Origin: Chlorokybus atmophyticus
Taxonomy: Eukaryota; Plantae; Mesostigma and Chlorokybus algae
Reading direction: 5' to 3'
NCBI GenBank assembly: GCA_009103225.1
Contig: RHPI01002533.1
Span: forward strand, 771,368 to 835,367
DNA length: 64,000 nucleotides
In this document: positions 12,901 to 26,579 of the stretch, piece by piece
Layout of the letters: each line of letters starts with the position of its first letter
How positions within the stretch are numbered: the stretch's first letter is position 1
Made by a program: the position numbers and the translations under genes
The notes under the pieces: generated by a model
What the model saw: the letters and a program-made list of their open reading frames with translations, nothing else
Database searches by the model: none
What the model was told of the DNA's origin: nothing

Positions 12901-15900
12901 CACAAAGCTTAATAAAGGGAGGCATTGTGACGGACATCATGACACAGGACTTCAAGGTTGTGTATGTTGCCCCGATGAAAGCTCTTGCAGCAGAGATGAC
13001 GGCAGCGTTCAGCAGAAGACTTGCGCCGCTTGGTGTAATTGTGCGCGAGTTGACAGGGGATATGCAGTTGTCTAAGAGGGAGATGACTGAAACCCAAATG
13101 ATAGGTGACACGGACCTGCATAGCTGAGCTATATGTAAAGGCTTGCCCCTAATGAACAGTTAGATAGGTTCATCTTAATTAACAGCACGGTATTGTGCAA
13201 GTACATATTCATGCCTGTCTGTATGCAGTTACAACACCAGAGAAATGGGACGTTGTCACACGTAAGGCGGGAGATGTTACACTCACAGCTCTAGTGCGGC
13301 TGCTGATCATTGATGAAGTCCACTTGCTAAATGATGAGCGGGGTCCTGTCATTGAGACCCTTGTGGCAAGGACGCTGCGTCAGGTACTACTGATACACGC
13401 TGTTTATGCCATGCAGATTCGCACTGATCATGGCGCTACTGCACACTGAGTCACGTCCACAATGTTAAGTTGCCTGAGCTCACCTGTTATGCCATACTGC
13501 AGGTCGAGACCTCCCAGAGCATGATCCGGATTGTCGGTCTTTCTGCGACTCTTCCCAATTATGCAGATGTTGCTCGCTTCCTCCGGGTATGTCATGTTCC
13601 CATGCCATCACAACCTTGCTTGAAAAGGTTTCAAGCAGTTCAGGTTGAACGATATAACATCGTATGCTGTACTGTACTCATGCTTGTTGTTGTATCAGGT
13701 GCGTCTGGAATCGGGGCTGTTCTATTTTGATGCTTCATACCGGCCAGTACCGCTCGCACAGCAGTATATTGGCGTGATGGAGAAAAACTTTGCGTTGCGG
13801 CTGAAGGTCATGCACGAGATCTGCTATGACAAGGTGACGACACAACAGCTCGTTATGCACCAGCCAATGCAGCAGTCACTTGAACTTTACAAGCCTCTTG
13901 CAGGTGGTGGACTCAGTTCGGAAAGGCAATCAAGCCATGGTGTTTGTGCACTCGCGAAAAGACACCGGCAAGACTGCACGTATTCTTGTGGAGCTTGCGC
14001 AGAAGGCAGGCACAGCAAACCTGTTTTCACCCGAGGAGGTGAGAGACAATTCAACACTGCCACATGCCGTCAGGAAGTGTTGTTGATCCGGTCACATGTT
14101 GTGCAGCACCCTCAGTATGGGTTAGCCAAGAAAGAGGTGTCGAAGTCTCGCAACCGGGAACTTGGTGAACTGCTGCAGGCACGTGCTTGTACCTGCTGAG
14201 CATGTATATGGCAGACTTTGCATCTTGTCTCAGTGAGCAATGCCTTGGTTCTGCTTGCAGAGTGGGTTCGGAGTGCACCATGCTGGTATGCTGAGGAGTG
14301 ATCGCGCTTTGACGGAAAGACTTTTCAGCGATGGCATCTTGCGTGTGTTGGTCTGCACAGCCACATTAGCCTGGGGCGTCAACCTCCCGGCTCACACTGT
14401 CATCATCAAGGGCACTCAGCTGTATGACCCCAAACGGGGTGGCTTCCGTGAGCTGGATATGCTTGACGTCATGCAAATATTCGGTGAGCATTTGCGCTGG
14501 TCGCTTTTTGTCAGCAATAGCAGTACTTGTTGGGCTTCTACTTCGAAGATAACGACTGTTACATGTCGCAAGCCTCCATCGCGACTATGTGATATTCTTG
14601 ATGTTTCCTGTTGCAGGCCGAGCTGGCCGGCCGCAGTTCGACACCAGTGGAGAAGGCATAATTATTACAACACATGACAAGCTCGCGCACTATTTGCAGC
14701 TCTTGACCCATCAGCTTCCTATAGAATCCCAATTTGTCTCTCTGCTAAAAGATAACCTCAATGCTGAGGTTGTTCTCGGCACGGTCACCAACGTGCGGGA
14801 GGCTGCAACTTGGCTGTCTTACACCTACCTGTTTGTTCGCATGCCCCGCAATCCGCTACATTATGCTGTCACCTGGGAAGAGGTGGGTCATTGGCGCTCG
14901 TCATTAGCAGGAATGTGGGTGTATAAGTTCATGTTGCACACACGTATTGCGTCCAACTTCCTACTGACCTGCCACTTGTGACAGATTGCGATGGACCCGA
15001 ACTTGACTGGCCGCTGCAAGGCTCTCATAACAGATGCGGCTCGCGAGTTGGATCGCAGCAAGATGATGCGCTTTGATGAGCAGTCTGGCAACCTCTATGC
15101 CACAGAGCTTGGGAGGGTGGCCAGTCACTTCTACATCCGTCACGCTAGTGTACAGGTATGGCAACATCTTTCAGATTAAGGTCTTGCAGGACAACATGGT
15201 CAGAATTGGCTGCTTGGATGCGATGGAGCTCTGGCGGCTATGTGCTTGATTGGGTCGTTCGGGAGACACGCTTTGCGTTCCACATGGTTGTGGTCATGAT
15301 GCAGCTCGGCAAGCATGTTGGCACAGCCAGCTTCGTACTGACCAGGTGTACAATGAGATGCTGCGCCAGCACTTGAGTGAGGCTGAGGTGCTGCACATGA
15401 TGTGCCACTCATCAGAGTTCGAGAACATTGTTGTGCGAGAGGAGGAGCAGATGGAGCTCCAGGCCCTCCAGCGCTCCGCATGCCCGCTGGAAGTCAGGGG
15501 TGGCTTGGAAAATCATCTTGGCAAGATATCCGTCTTGATACAAGTACGTTCATCTGCAGCTGGTGCATGTAGCTAAGCATCATGTATTGTCTCAAAAGGA
15601 TCGGTTGACACATTTGGTGACAAGGCACACGTTCGTCGGCAGCGTGTGACATCTCTGGCTTTTGTATGCATGTACTTACAACCACCTTTTGTCGCTCGCT
15701 AGTGACATTTGGTTGTTACTTGGTGGTGACTTATGGCATGTTCAGGTGTTTGTGTCGAGGGCACGGATTGAAGGGTTTTCACTGATTGCGGACTCAGCAT
15801 ATGTTAGTTCCAACATTGGGCGTATATCTCGTGCGCTCTTTGAGATATGCCTCCGCCGAGGCTGGTGCTCTATGGCGGAGACCCTTCTTACCATGTGCAA

Positions 15901-18900
15901 GGTGCGCAAATATTCTGCTCTCCACACTGCAGTTGGTAGACAATGGCAGAGAGTGTTACACACATAATCAACCGCATTTTAGGCACATGCTTTGTTGGTT
16001 TGTGAGTGCTCTCATGTTAGTGCTGCTGTCGGTCAATCCAGTTGTTGCTACGCAGGCCTTTGATCGGCGCGTTTGGCCACACCAGCACCCTCTTCGCCAG
16101 TTTGATAGCGTTCTCTCTCCAGAGCTGCTGTACAAGCTGGAAGAGAAGGGGGAAGCAGCCTCAATTGACCGTCTGGTTGACATGACCGCGCAGGTGAGGT
16201 GCTGCACCATGGGCCAGATACTTCATGTTAGCTTGGCGCATTGGTGTGCGTATGCAAGCGTCAGAGTTTCTGCCCGTTAGGTTCTTGCCTAATGAATTAG
16301 ACTCGCTGTAAGCTGTGATGACCATTGTTCAGGGCTATTGCATGGCTGCGGGCCGTTGGTTAACATGGCCAATGCAGGATATCGGTCTCATGCTTCGCCA
16401 CCCTCATGCTGGCACTCAAATCAAGTCTTGCTTACAAAGCCTGCCATACTTGGAGGCAGATGCCCGAGTCTCCCCCATCACGCGCACTGTCTTGCGTGTA
16501 ATGCTTACACTCTATCCTGCCTTTGTGTGGAAAGATCGGTAAGCGATTGCCAGCTGTAGCACTTCGCTGCATGCTGCTTGATTAAGGTTGCATTGGAGCA
16601 TGTATATGCAATGTTCATGCGACCCTTCACCTATGCACATGAGGCTCCGCTGCTCTCAGGTTTCATGGCAGCGCTGAGCGGTTCTGGATTTGGGTGGAAG
16701 ATGCAGAAAACGAACACATCTACCACACAGAGTACTTCATATTAACAAAAAAAATGGCTGCTGAGCGGGAGCACCGTCTTGCGTTTACCATCCCGGTCTT
16801 TGAGCCCCTTCCCCCTCAGTACTTCATCCGTGTGGTATCCGACACATGGCTGGGTTCGGAAACCATCCTCCCTGTTTCGTTCCAGGTAACCTTGATTTGC
16901 GCATAGGGGTCACATGTTTCAACATCGCTTATCAATTAGCAAAGTATTGGACAGCAAGGCTTGTAGTGGCAATCGGCTAAGGAAAGGTTACTTGACATTC
17001 TATCCAGCTTGGCAGCATAAATAATTGATAATTGATTTCCTACCAGCTGGTGCCAGTTTTATATCTATTTATCTGCAGGGCCTGATTCTTCCAGAACGCC
17101 ACCCACCCCATACAGAGCTCTTGGACTTGCATCCATTGCCGAAAACAGCCCTTGGGAACGAGACATTCCAGTCCTTGTACAGGTTAGCGGCTGTCATTCA
17201 GGCACAATGCTTGTTGCTTACTTTGATACTGACTCACTCATACCTCCTTGGTAACAGGTTTTCTCACTTCAACCCCATTCAGACCCAGGCCTTCCATGTG
17301 CTGTATCATACTGACGAGCATGTGCTTTTGGGCGCCCCTACTGGCTCCGGCAAGACTATCTCTTCAGAGCTGGCAATGCTGAGACTTTTCCGCACACAAC
17401 CTGACATGAAGGTATGCTTTTGATACCTTTTGTTATAGCTGACTGGGTGAACATGCTGTGAAGCTAACACAATTTGCTTGTTGCATCGCATTGAGCACCA
17501 TACCTTGCATCAGTCATGCATCCCCAATTTCACATATGCAGGCTGCCAACACAATGTCGGTGCAGCAGTCTGACATGCCAGGTAACTATTGCAGGTGATC
17601 TACATAGCGCCCCTTAAGGCGCTAGTCCGCGAGCGCATAGATGACTGGTCGCGTCACTTGGTGCCTACCTTAGGAGTGAAAATGGCAGAGCTCACTGGTG
17701 ATCACACGCCTGACCTTCGCGCACTGCTAGCTGCAGACATCATCGTCACCACGCCTGAGAAATGGGATGGCATCAGCCGCAATTGGCAGGTTAGCACTGC
17801 TTGTTGTCCTTGTCACACCACGATGGATCTTCACATAGGTAGAGCCGGTAGAGTTTGTATTGCATCCTGTTTTTTGCTTCGTGCTTGAAACTTTCCATAC
17901 GGCATGAAAGAGATATGTTGCTACAAGATGTTTGCTGTTACTGCCTACTATTTTGTCAATTGTATTGTCCCCAAGTGCAGAGTGAGCTCCAATGCTGACA
18001 CTCTCTCATGCCAGAACCGATCCTACGTGAAGAAGGTTGGCCTGGTAGTCATTGACGAGATTCATCTGCTTGGCGCGGACAGAGGACCAGTCCTAGAGAT
18101 CATCGTGTCACGCATGCGCTGCATCGCAGCGCGAACCAATTGTCCAGTCCGGTTCATTGGCCTTTCTACAGCACTGGCCAATGCACGTGACCTGGCAGAT
18201 TGGCTTGGGATTGATCAGGTCAGCAAGTGTCTTGGCAGTGGGCTGCTGTCAGTGTCTATCATTGCAAGTGCCGTCCTCCGCAATGACCTCTTTGTAGGCA
18301 GCAGCTTAGTGTGCGCTTTTGTAACTGCTAATCAGAGCTTGGGCATATCCGGCCTTAAGCATTAAGGACGGATATGTATCTGTTGCTGTCCTCAAGCACA
18401 CGCAAATGGCACACCACATTGCCATTGACACTCCCTCACATTGCCCGTCGTTGCAGGTCGGTCTTTTCAACTTTAAGCCGAGTGTACGGCCTGTGCCACT
18501 TGAGGTGCACATTCAGGGCTTTCCGGGCAAGTTCTACTGCCCCCGAATGGCCACTATGAACAAACCAACATACGCAGCCATAACAACGCACTCCCCTGTG
18601 AAGGTTCGTGACAGTGCCCAAGTTAGGTCGGCAGTGCAGCAGCAAGGTTTATGTACAAATGGCCATCAAACTTCGGTTGTCGCTCTTTTGCTTTCATTGC
18701 GACTGATCTTGTTGATCAAGTGATGTGGTTTTGCCACTTGCAAGTTGACACAACGTAACTGCACTGAGGCGGTGTCTGTTGTCTGCAGCCAGTGCTGGTG
18801 TTCGTGGCATCTCGGCGACAGACGCGTCTAACAGCCCTGGACCTCATTCAGTATGCTGCTGCGGATGAACGTCCTCGGCTGTTCCTGCGCATGCCTGAAG

Positions 18901-21539
18901 AAGAGCTTGAGGTAGTTTGCCGTTGTATTAGCATTTCTTTTGCACAAGTTCGTCACAACCTTGCTAGTTCTTAAATGATACGTAGCTGTCTTTATGAGCT
19001 ATTAATTAGCATGTGCAAACGCTGCTTGCAGTGACTTGCTTCTGTGCTTGACTGCTTGTCGCTGCAGACATACTTGGAGCGTGTGCAAGACAGCAACTTG
19101 CGCCACACACTGCAGTTTGGTATTGGCCTCCATCACGCTGGCCTAGGTGAAAGGGACCGTAACATAGTTGAAGAGCTTTTCGTGAACAACAAAATACAGG
19201 TATCGTGGGCAATCAATACAAATTTCATGTACCAGTTGAGCAAGTTGCACGTGTACATGCATATACCCCCGACCCGTACCTACAGTAACAAATTGCAAGT
19301 TTTGAATAGCTATGACACCTTCAGAGAACCGTTACATGTGATGTGCTTCTAGGGTCTTGTATACCTTGCATTGACTGGTAGACAGTACTTCTGACAATGC
19401 TGTTGCTTGCTGTTTGACAGGTGCTGATAGCAACATCCACTCTTGCATGGGGCGTCAACTTCCCTGCTCACCTTGTCGTCATCAAGGGCACAGAGTACTT
19501 TGATGGCAAAACCCACCGTTACGTGGACTTCCCCATCACTGATGTCCTGCAGGTAAGGTTTTGCATACATCATGTTTCTTGCGCTTGCAATCAGCAGAAT
19601 CGAGCGCGGCAGTCACTTGCATGTACCATCACAGATGATGGGAAGGGCAGGACGCCCTCAGTTTGATCAGCATGGCAAAGCGGTGATCATGGTTCATGAG
19701 CCCAAGAAGTCCTTCTACAAGAAGTTCCTGTATGAGCCCTTCCCCGTTGAGTCCTCCCTGCCTGGCGCCCTCCATAATCACCTGAACGCTGAAATAGTTT
19801 CTGGCACTGTTGCCAGCGCGCAGGTACTGGCTTGAGTGCATGCGTATGACATTGGCTCTGTGAAGTGCCTGCCCAGGGTTTACTCTATGTCCTGTGTTAT
19901 GCATAACATGTCAGCATACGCATCAATATGCCACATGCAGGATGCGATGGATTACTTGACGTGGACGTATTTCTTTCGGCGGTTGCTTATGAACCCCAGC
20001 TACTACGACCTTGAGGATACGTCAGCGCAGGGTTTGAACGCTTTCTTGTCGGACCTGGTGCAGAACACTCTGCTGGATCTCGAGGAGGCTGGCTGCATCG
20101 AGGCAGACGGCGAGGACGGCGTGGTGAGCGCTGTTGCAACACTCCCTCTGGGGCGCATTGCCTCGTATTACTACCTCGACTACACCACTGTTGCACTGTT
20201 CTCCGCCAACATTAAGAAGAACAGCTCCACCCCTGTGCTGCTCAACGTCCTGTGCAATGCTGCGGAGTTCGACGAGCTGCCAGTGCGACACAATGAGGAC
20301 AAACTCAATCTTGATTTGTGTCCAAAGGTTTGTATGGGCTTGAACGAGTTGCACAGATTCAGGCATTGCAGCACATGACGTTCGAGAACGCCAATCCTGT
20401 TGACAGGTCAAGTTGAAGGTTGACACCAAGACCGTGGATGATCCACACACAAAGACCAACCTTTTGCTTCAGTGTCACTTCTCTCGCCTTCCCTTGCCCA
20501 TGACAGACTATGTGACAGACACAAAATCTGTCTTGGATCAGAGCATACGTATTCTTCAGGTAAGCTATTGTTTGCCGGATTTGTCTGCTTCTTCCTCCAG
20601 TTAAAAGTACAATTGGCATGCCACTTTGCACCCCCGTTGCAACAATCGTTGCGCTTACATTCGCGCTTGCTGCATCAGGCCATGGTGGATGTGGCGGCTG
20701 AGAGCGGTTGGCTTTCCACAGCCCTTAACACAATGCGGCTAGTGCAGATGGTGATACAGGGGCGGTGGGATACTGACTCTCCCTTCATGTGCCTTCCGCA
20801 TGTTTCTCCCTCCGCTTCAGAAACGCTTACCCGCAATGGTGTTGCCTCGCTGCGCGCTCTCTCTTCCCTCCCACGCAACCAGCTGCAGTTACTGCTGCGC
20901 GAAGCAGTGGGCGGACCGCAGGCTTCGGATGTCATGCAGGTTAGCGGTTGATTAGGGGTGCATGGCTGCCTATCATGCTTCTTGCGCCCTGAGTCAGTAC
21001 AACAGAGTAGTAGTAGTTTAATGACAAAGTATTGGTCGACATCAGCCGTACTGTGCTGCTCGTCAGGCAGGTGAAGCTTCCTGCGCAAATGACTTGCGGA
21101 ATGGTGTGCGCAGGTTGTATCACGGCTACCAAGGTTGCATGCGCTATGCGAGCACAGCGAGTCATCTTCGCCGACAGACTCCATTTTAGAGATACATCTC
21201 AGGCGTGAAGGCAATGCCCCGAGGGCTTCTGGTGCCATTGCACCCCGCGCATACGCGCCTCAATTCCCAAAGCTGAAAGAAGAAGGGTGGTGGTTGGTGG
21301 TGGGTGATGTTTCGCGCGATGAGTTGCTTGCTCTGAAGCGCGTAAGTTTTGGAGGGGAAACCAAGCTTCAACTAGGCTATGAGCCCGTCGATTTAAATGA
21401 CCGCTTGGTGTTGTACTGCATATCGGATTCGTATATAGGGCTGGATGTTGAGGTGGATGTACCTGCACAGAAGGGGCGCAAGGAGAGGAAAACGGTCGAT
21501 GCTCTGCCGACAGCAGATGAGATAAGGTTTATGGAGTAA
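9967..21539 (+). CDS. ASCC3: ASCC3 / Slh1 / plant DExH14 Ski2-like RNA helicase with two helicase-Sec63 cassettes; many exons
   Basis: Plant DExH14-type N-terminus ([16 protein letters not shown]). Cassette 1: [36 protein letters not shown]. Cassette 2: [36 protein letters not shown]. Sec63 regions end with [10 protein letters not shown] and DSYIGLD; TAA at 21537-21539. Confidence 0.95.
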
Positions 21540-23041
21540 GGTTGCTTGGCTCCTAGGCGTAGTTTGTGTTTTGCTTTCCTTAAACGAGCTATCCACCTGC
21601 TTCTGCTCTGCAAAGCATTATCAATTGGCTTTATGCAGACATGAGCTATGTATCATGTACACTGTCTGGTTGGGTCGGTCGTTCTGTGCACTTGAGGCAC
21701 CATTGCAACTGCATATCCGCTAATTAATATGTCAATAGAGGCGGGTGATGGTGCTTCACCATGATTTGCATGTTGCAAGTGCACTGCCATCTCAGCATGA
21801 CATTGTAGTTTGGAATCACACTTACAATAATACAAAAACTGTTCAATTGCATCTACTCTTGACACATAATGTGTGCCCAAGCCTTCTACTCACACAATAG
21901 CGTTGGAATGAACATGACTTGCGCAATGCAGTAAGTCACATGACGTATTTGCTACCATTTTACGATGTTAAGTTGTGTTATGTGCATGAGGTACTCATGC
22001 ATAGCGAGTGCACACAATCGAATGCATATTTATGTTAACACTGCACAGTAATATAGTCATATTTAAGAAAACGTGGTGATGACATTATGAGTCGGTTATC
22101 GTCTATACCGCAGCGCTCTAAAATCTTCATAAGAGGCGCCCCTTGAGAATAATATTTACTGTTCGTCAAACCCACGTCAACACGTATTGTAGTCTATCCA
22201 ACCACTGCAATGCATATGTCCAGCTGCCAAACAACGATAAAATGTTTATCAAATGCCCTTGCAAGGAGTTAAGTTACTAGGCTATTGTAGCACCACGGTA
22301 TGTACTCATGGTAATGTCAAAAGCATTCATTTATGTTGTGTTGCAACTACTGTGAGGAGTTACAAGCACAGATTGTCACATGTTAAATCTCGCATTACAC
22401 AGATATATGACAAAGGTGGCGGATCCATCAACTTATATGCAAGCGGCAATTGTGCATATATTGGATGTTGAAGTGCCTTGGTATTATACCATTTACAGTC
22501 TATAGATGCCCTTTGTAAGAACTTACACTTGTCACTTTGAAACTTATCTCTTAATATTGCTCTTAAGCTCTATCTATTTTTATTACATAAGTAGAACCAT
22601 AAATGTATGAGAAGACGTATGTTGTTTGCTACTTAGTGTAAGATAATTAAAATAATGCAAAAATAGTTTTAACTTGTAACTTTTTGCTGTAAAACTCTGA
22701 AAAAGCAAGTTTACCTAGCACAACCACTCCACATTGAACTGCTGCACACGTACGGATAACTTGCAGCGCGGTATGCATACCGGTGGTTTGCAAGCGCTCA
22801 TCATCCGAGATTTGCGGCCCCCGTAAAAAACCTTGCTGAGCGGTCACATAAGCTGATTGATGTTAGCATTGAACATGACAATTAAATTTTGTATACTATC
22901 AATGAAGTATACCACACCAGTAACTCAGCTTTAAAATGCATTTTTAAACGCTCATGTCTAAACATGCCTTTGTATCACTGTATGTGAAGACCTGTTTAGA
23001 TCGGATGACATGCTCATGTTTAAACAAGGCCCTCGTAAAAC

Positions 23042-23518
23042 TACCGTATTTTGTCGAATACGGTATGAGTGAGTATTCAGAATACCCACCCACCCGGGAA
23101 GTTACCGTATTACCCGTAGAGAAGTCCCCCTTTTTTGCATACCGGGTAAGCCCCTGGACCAGCCCCCCACCCTTTTTAATGAAGGGGGCCTGTAATAGGG
23201 GACTTGTATTGCACCAGGGGGGCCTCGGCGCGAGTTACGCTGTTACCTGTGACACGCGCGTCAAGTATAACCCAGCACTTGACGCGCGCGAGTAACCTAC
23301 GCGCATGAGCGTAACTCACGGCTCACACTATGGCCCCCGTAGAGTTTTGTGGAGCTTGTAAACGGTCGGGCGGGTTGATAAGGAATTTACACAAGCCCCC
23401 ACCCTTATTTGCCAAGGGGGTTTGTAATTGGGGGGGGCTGCTATACGGGTAAATGGTAATGGGGGTGTTATGATAGGAGGGAGGGGGGGGGAGGGGGGTT
23501 ATCCGATAAAATACGGCA
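23042..23518. mobile_element. Possible pogo/Tc1-like MITE remnant(s) with imperfect TIRs
   Basis: TACCGTATTTTGTCGAATA at 23042 versus the reverse complement of 23500-23518 (TGCCGTATTTTATCGGATA). A second inner imperfect pair lies at ~23103 and ~23431-23458, and 23042-23065 is a perfect hairpin. No coding capacity. Confidence 0.35.
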
Positions 23519-23672
23519 ATCACCCAGCCACTGATTACCTATTCAAAGCCTGTCATTATGAAAGCACATGCGGAGCGGATTTGTACACCCTTAACTTGAG
23601 GGCCTCAATTGCAGAAACATGAAGCCACAATGGTTGCTACTCGAATGGTGGTTGTCCACAGAGTTGGGCGTC

Positions 23673-23925
23673 GTACGGCATCGTGGGCGTCATGCGACGC
23701 CGTACGACGCCGATGGCCTGCGCTCGGCGCCTTTATATTTAGAAGTGTGGGTTAAAAGTTCTAGCCCTACACTGTACCTTTAGGGCATTGAGCGAACGGC
23801 CCTTCGGCCTCGCGGCGTCACTAGGTTCTAGTGACACTGCAGGCCCCTAGGAGCCGGGGGGGGGGGGGGGGGGNGCCTCGCGGCGTCAGTAGCGTCACTA
23901 TGCTAGTGATCGCGGCCCCTAATAG
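23673..23925 (+). mobile_element. Hairpin cluster including a Helitron-like 3' terminus
   Basis: GTCACTAG-GTT-CTAGTGAC hairpin (23817-23835), 11-nt spacer, then CTAG (23847-23850). A degenerate second copy follows the G-run, and a further GGCGTCGTACGGC/GCCGTACGACGCC inverted pair sits near 23674-23718. Confidence 0.35.
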
Positions 23926-24149
23926 GCTGTACTGGAAACATTTATGTACATTGCAATGTATACTTAAACATTTCAATATATAAATAAGAGAACACATCTC
24001 ATACAAGGCTTTTGCATAACCTATATTTAAATAGAGAACTATACATGATGACATGTATAGATTACATGTGTAAATAAATAGTCAAACATTTATATCCGTA
24101 TATATACACATATATGGATATATATATATAGAGAGATAGACAGATATGC

Positions 24150-25140
24150 ACGAGTTGTTAACGCAATAAGCATTGGAGCGGGTGAAACAAAGCATATTAC
24201 AAATGAGATTGCGCTTCCTTGCATAAGGGGGATTGTGGAAAGAAGTGGAGAAAAAGTTTGAGTTGCATTAGCCCAAATGTACTTGAAGGGAGGAGACAAG
24301 CTCGTTCACAAATTTATTCATCACAATCTAACTTACTTCCACGAGCTCATCGCGTGGTATCAGCGCCATTTGGAGATTCCAAGTTTAGCATGTGGCATAA
24401 TTGTCATGTCAATCATCCCATACACATGAACATTACACTGAAGCGTCGTGAAAAATGTTGCTGATGCATGCAGTTACGAAGTGGCCTCCGTGGGTAGAGC
24501 ATACCAACAGCAGTCTACACTTGTGCTCGTTCCGCAAGGTTGCATTGAGAAGGACATAAAGCTAAAGCCAGATTTGCCATAAAGTTAAAACCTACCGACT
24601 CGGCGGATGACAAGCTTTCATAGCTTACAAGCGGTGACTAACGAAGACACAGTTTTTGGTATGTATGTTTCTTATCTCAATTTAGAGTACCAATGCTACA
24701 CTGCAGATAGCTAGAACGATATGACGCATCAGGCGATGCAACACAACGACATAAAAGGAAGTGTACAAAGTTCAGAGTAAGTATCATGTCGTTGGCTTCG
24801 ACATGATACTTACTTTGAACTTCTTGTATGATGCGACAAAATCTTGTACTGAACGATAGCACTATTTTGGCAACTTCATGCATGGCCTTTTATGTCATTT
24901 CATGCAATTGGATTTGAACATTACAAGTAACCCTACATACAGCTATGTATGTGCACTGCACACTATGTTTCGGCATGCATGTGCACAAGTGCACATGCCC
25001 CAAAAATATTCACAAGTTGCAAATGGTACTATACACAGATGGCTTGGACATCACCATTACAAAGGCCATTACGAAGGTAGGCAGGTAGTTGATGATCCCA
25101 TTATTGATACAAGGAAAGGGTTGGCGGAACCTTTGTAGAA
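24150..25140 (+). pseudogene. Decayed multi-exon coding remnant, family unknown
   Basis: Coding-like frame EIALPCIRGIVERSGEKV*VALAQMYLKGGDKLVHKFIHHNLTYFHELIAWYQRHLEIP with an internal stop, plus GT-AG splice signals downstream. Confidence 0.3.
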
Positions 25141-26579
25141 TATATAAAAAGCAAGGCAACATTAGAGTAAACAAGTAATTACAAGCATGATATGTAACAT
25201 GATGTCATCAACACATATATGCAACATGCACTTACCAACTATATACCACCCAACTAAAATTCAGTAGCCACCGGGCTATGCTTACACAATGGTAGCATAC
25301 CGTAGCCAGCCATAATACTAGCCAGGTGGTGACTGTGATATGATCAATTGTGAAGGTGGGTTGTCGTGCATGTCATTTACATTGTTCGCACGCCATGCAT
25401 GTTAGCATAGTATCATACTCCTTATATACATATGCGTGCCTGTGTGCTCTGGTTTGATGTTGCTTCTCGCTAGCTACTTGGCGTTGCATCCTACTGCCAC
25501 CCCGCCTAGAGCACATAGTGCATGTTGTGAACATAGTTGCAAAGCCCTGTAATACTTGAAGGTTGCTCCTGCGTCTCTTTGTACCTAGTTTACTTTTTGC
25601 TTGTGGTGCTGCATGTTGTGCATTCTAACTGCTACTTTGCCCTATGACATATACCTTGCACATGCACGCTAGCTACCTAGCTACAGCCCTTACCCCATTA
25701 GCTAATCAATCAATATGCTTGTGAGTGCATAGACAAACAAGTGGAGAAAGTGTGATGCAGCAAGATGCATACTAACAGCAGCATACACGTGTTTATACAC
25801 AACAACCGTCAAGTAGCAGATGTGTTTTGGAGCAACAAATACACACAACCAACACACAACAAATAAACAAACAGCCACAACACGTTACAAACCTGCAACG
25901 TGATTTTATCACCAACAGCACGAAGAAGAATCCATGTAACATAGTCGCTACGAAGATGCTGGGGCATCTTGGCCGCGCGCCTTGTTCTCGAATTTGTTAC
26001 GAAGCTGGCTAAGAGCTAGCGTTGATGGTAAGAGTAACCGGTTTCAAGTTGATGCCACCTTTCACAGCAGCTTACTTTTTCCTCTGTAGAGTGGGGGTGG
26101 TGTCTCCACCCCTGCTGTTCGCACGAACACTACTAGTACCACCACCTGCACTTGTAAAGAAACGCAACAGCAATTAGAAACAGCATACCATAGAAACCAA
26201 CGGAAACACCAACAACTACTACTTAACAAATAACGTTGGAGTCCCCGACAGCGACCTTGTGGTGCGCTGCATAGAAGACTTAGCACCACGCCCTCTCCCA
26301 CGCCTTCTGCCACGTTTACTTGCAGCTGTTGGTGTCTGAGATTGACCTACCACAACCTTCATGTTGGTTGTAGAGCACGTGATGATTGTAGTGATCAGCA
26401 AATTCAAACATAATAGACACATGTACCATGCTCACCCTGAACCCCAGCAGTTGTTGCAGGCTGCGCTGGTTGTCAGCTGTCGAAGGAATCAGGTTTTGCT
26501 CGAGGTACTCGTGGCAACCGCTGTTGCCGTGCAGCTGCCTTCTGCACGGACTTCTCCTCAAAGATTATAACATATGTAG

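Noticed and set aside
9967-21539. BRR2/SNRNP200 identity
   Set aside because: The N-terminus matches plant DExH14/ASCC3, and the second cassette keeps intact motifs (GSGKT, DEIH, HHAGL, GRAGR), unlike the degenerate second cassette of Brr2.
24210-24260. FHNPPY on the minus strand as an adenine-MTase motif IV
   Set aside because: Isolated motif in a stop-rich frame, with no motif I or supporting context.
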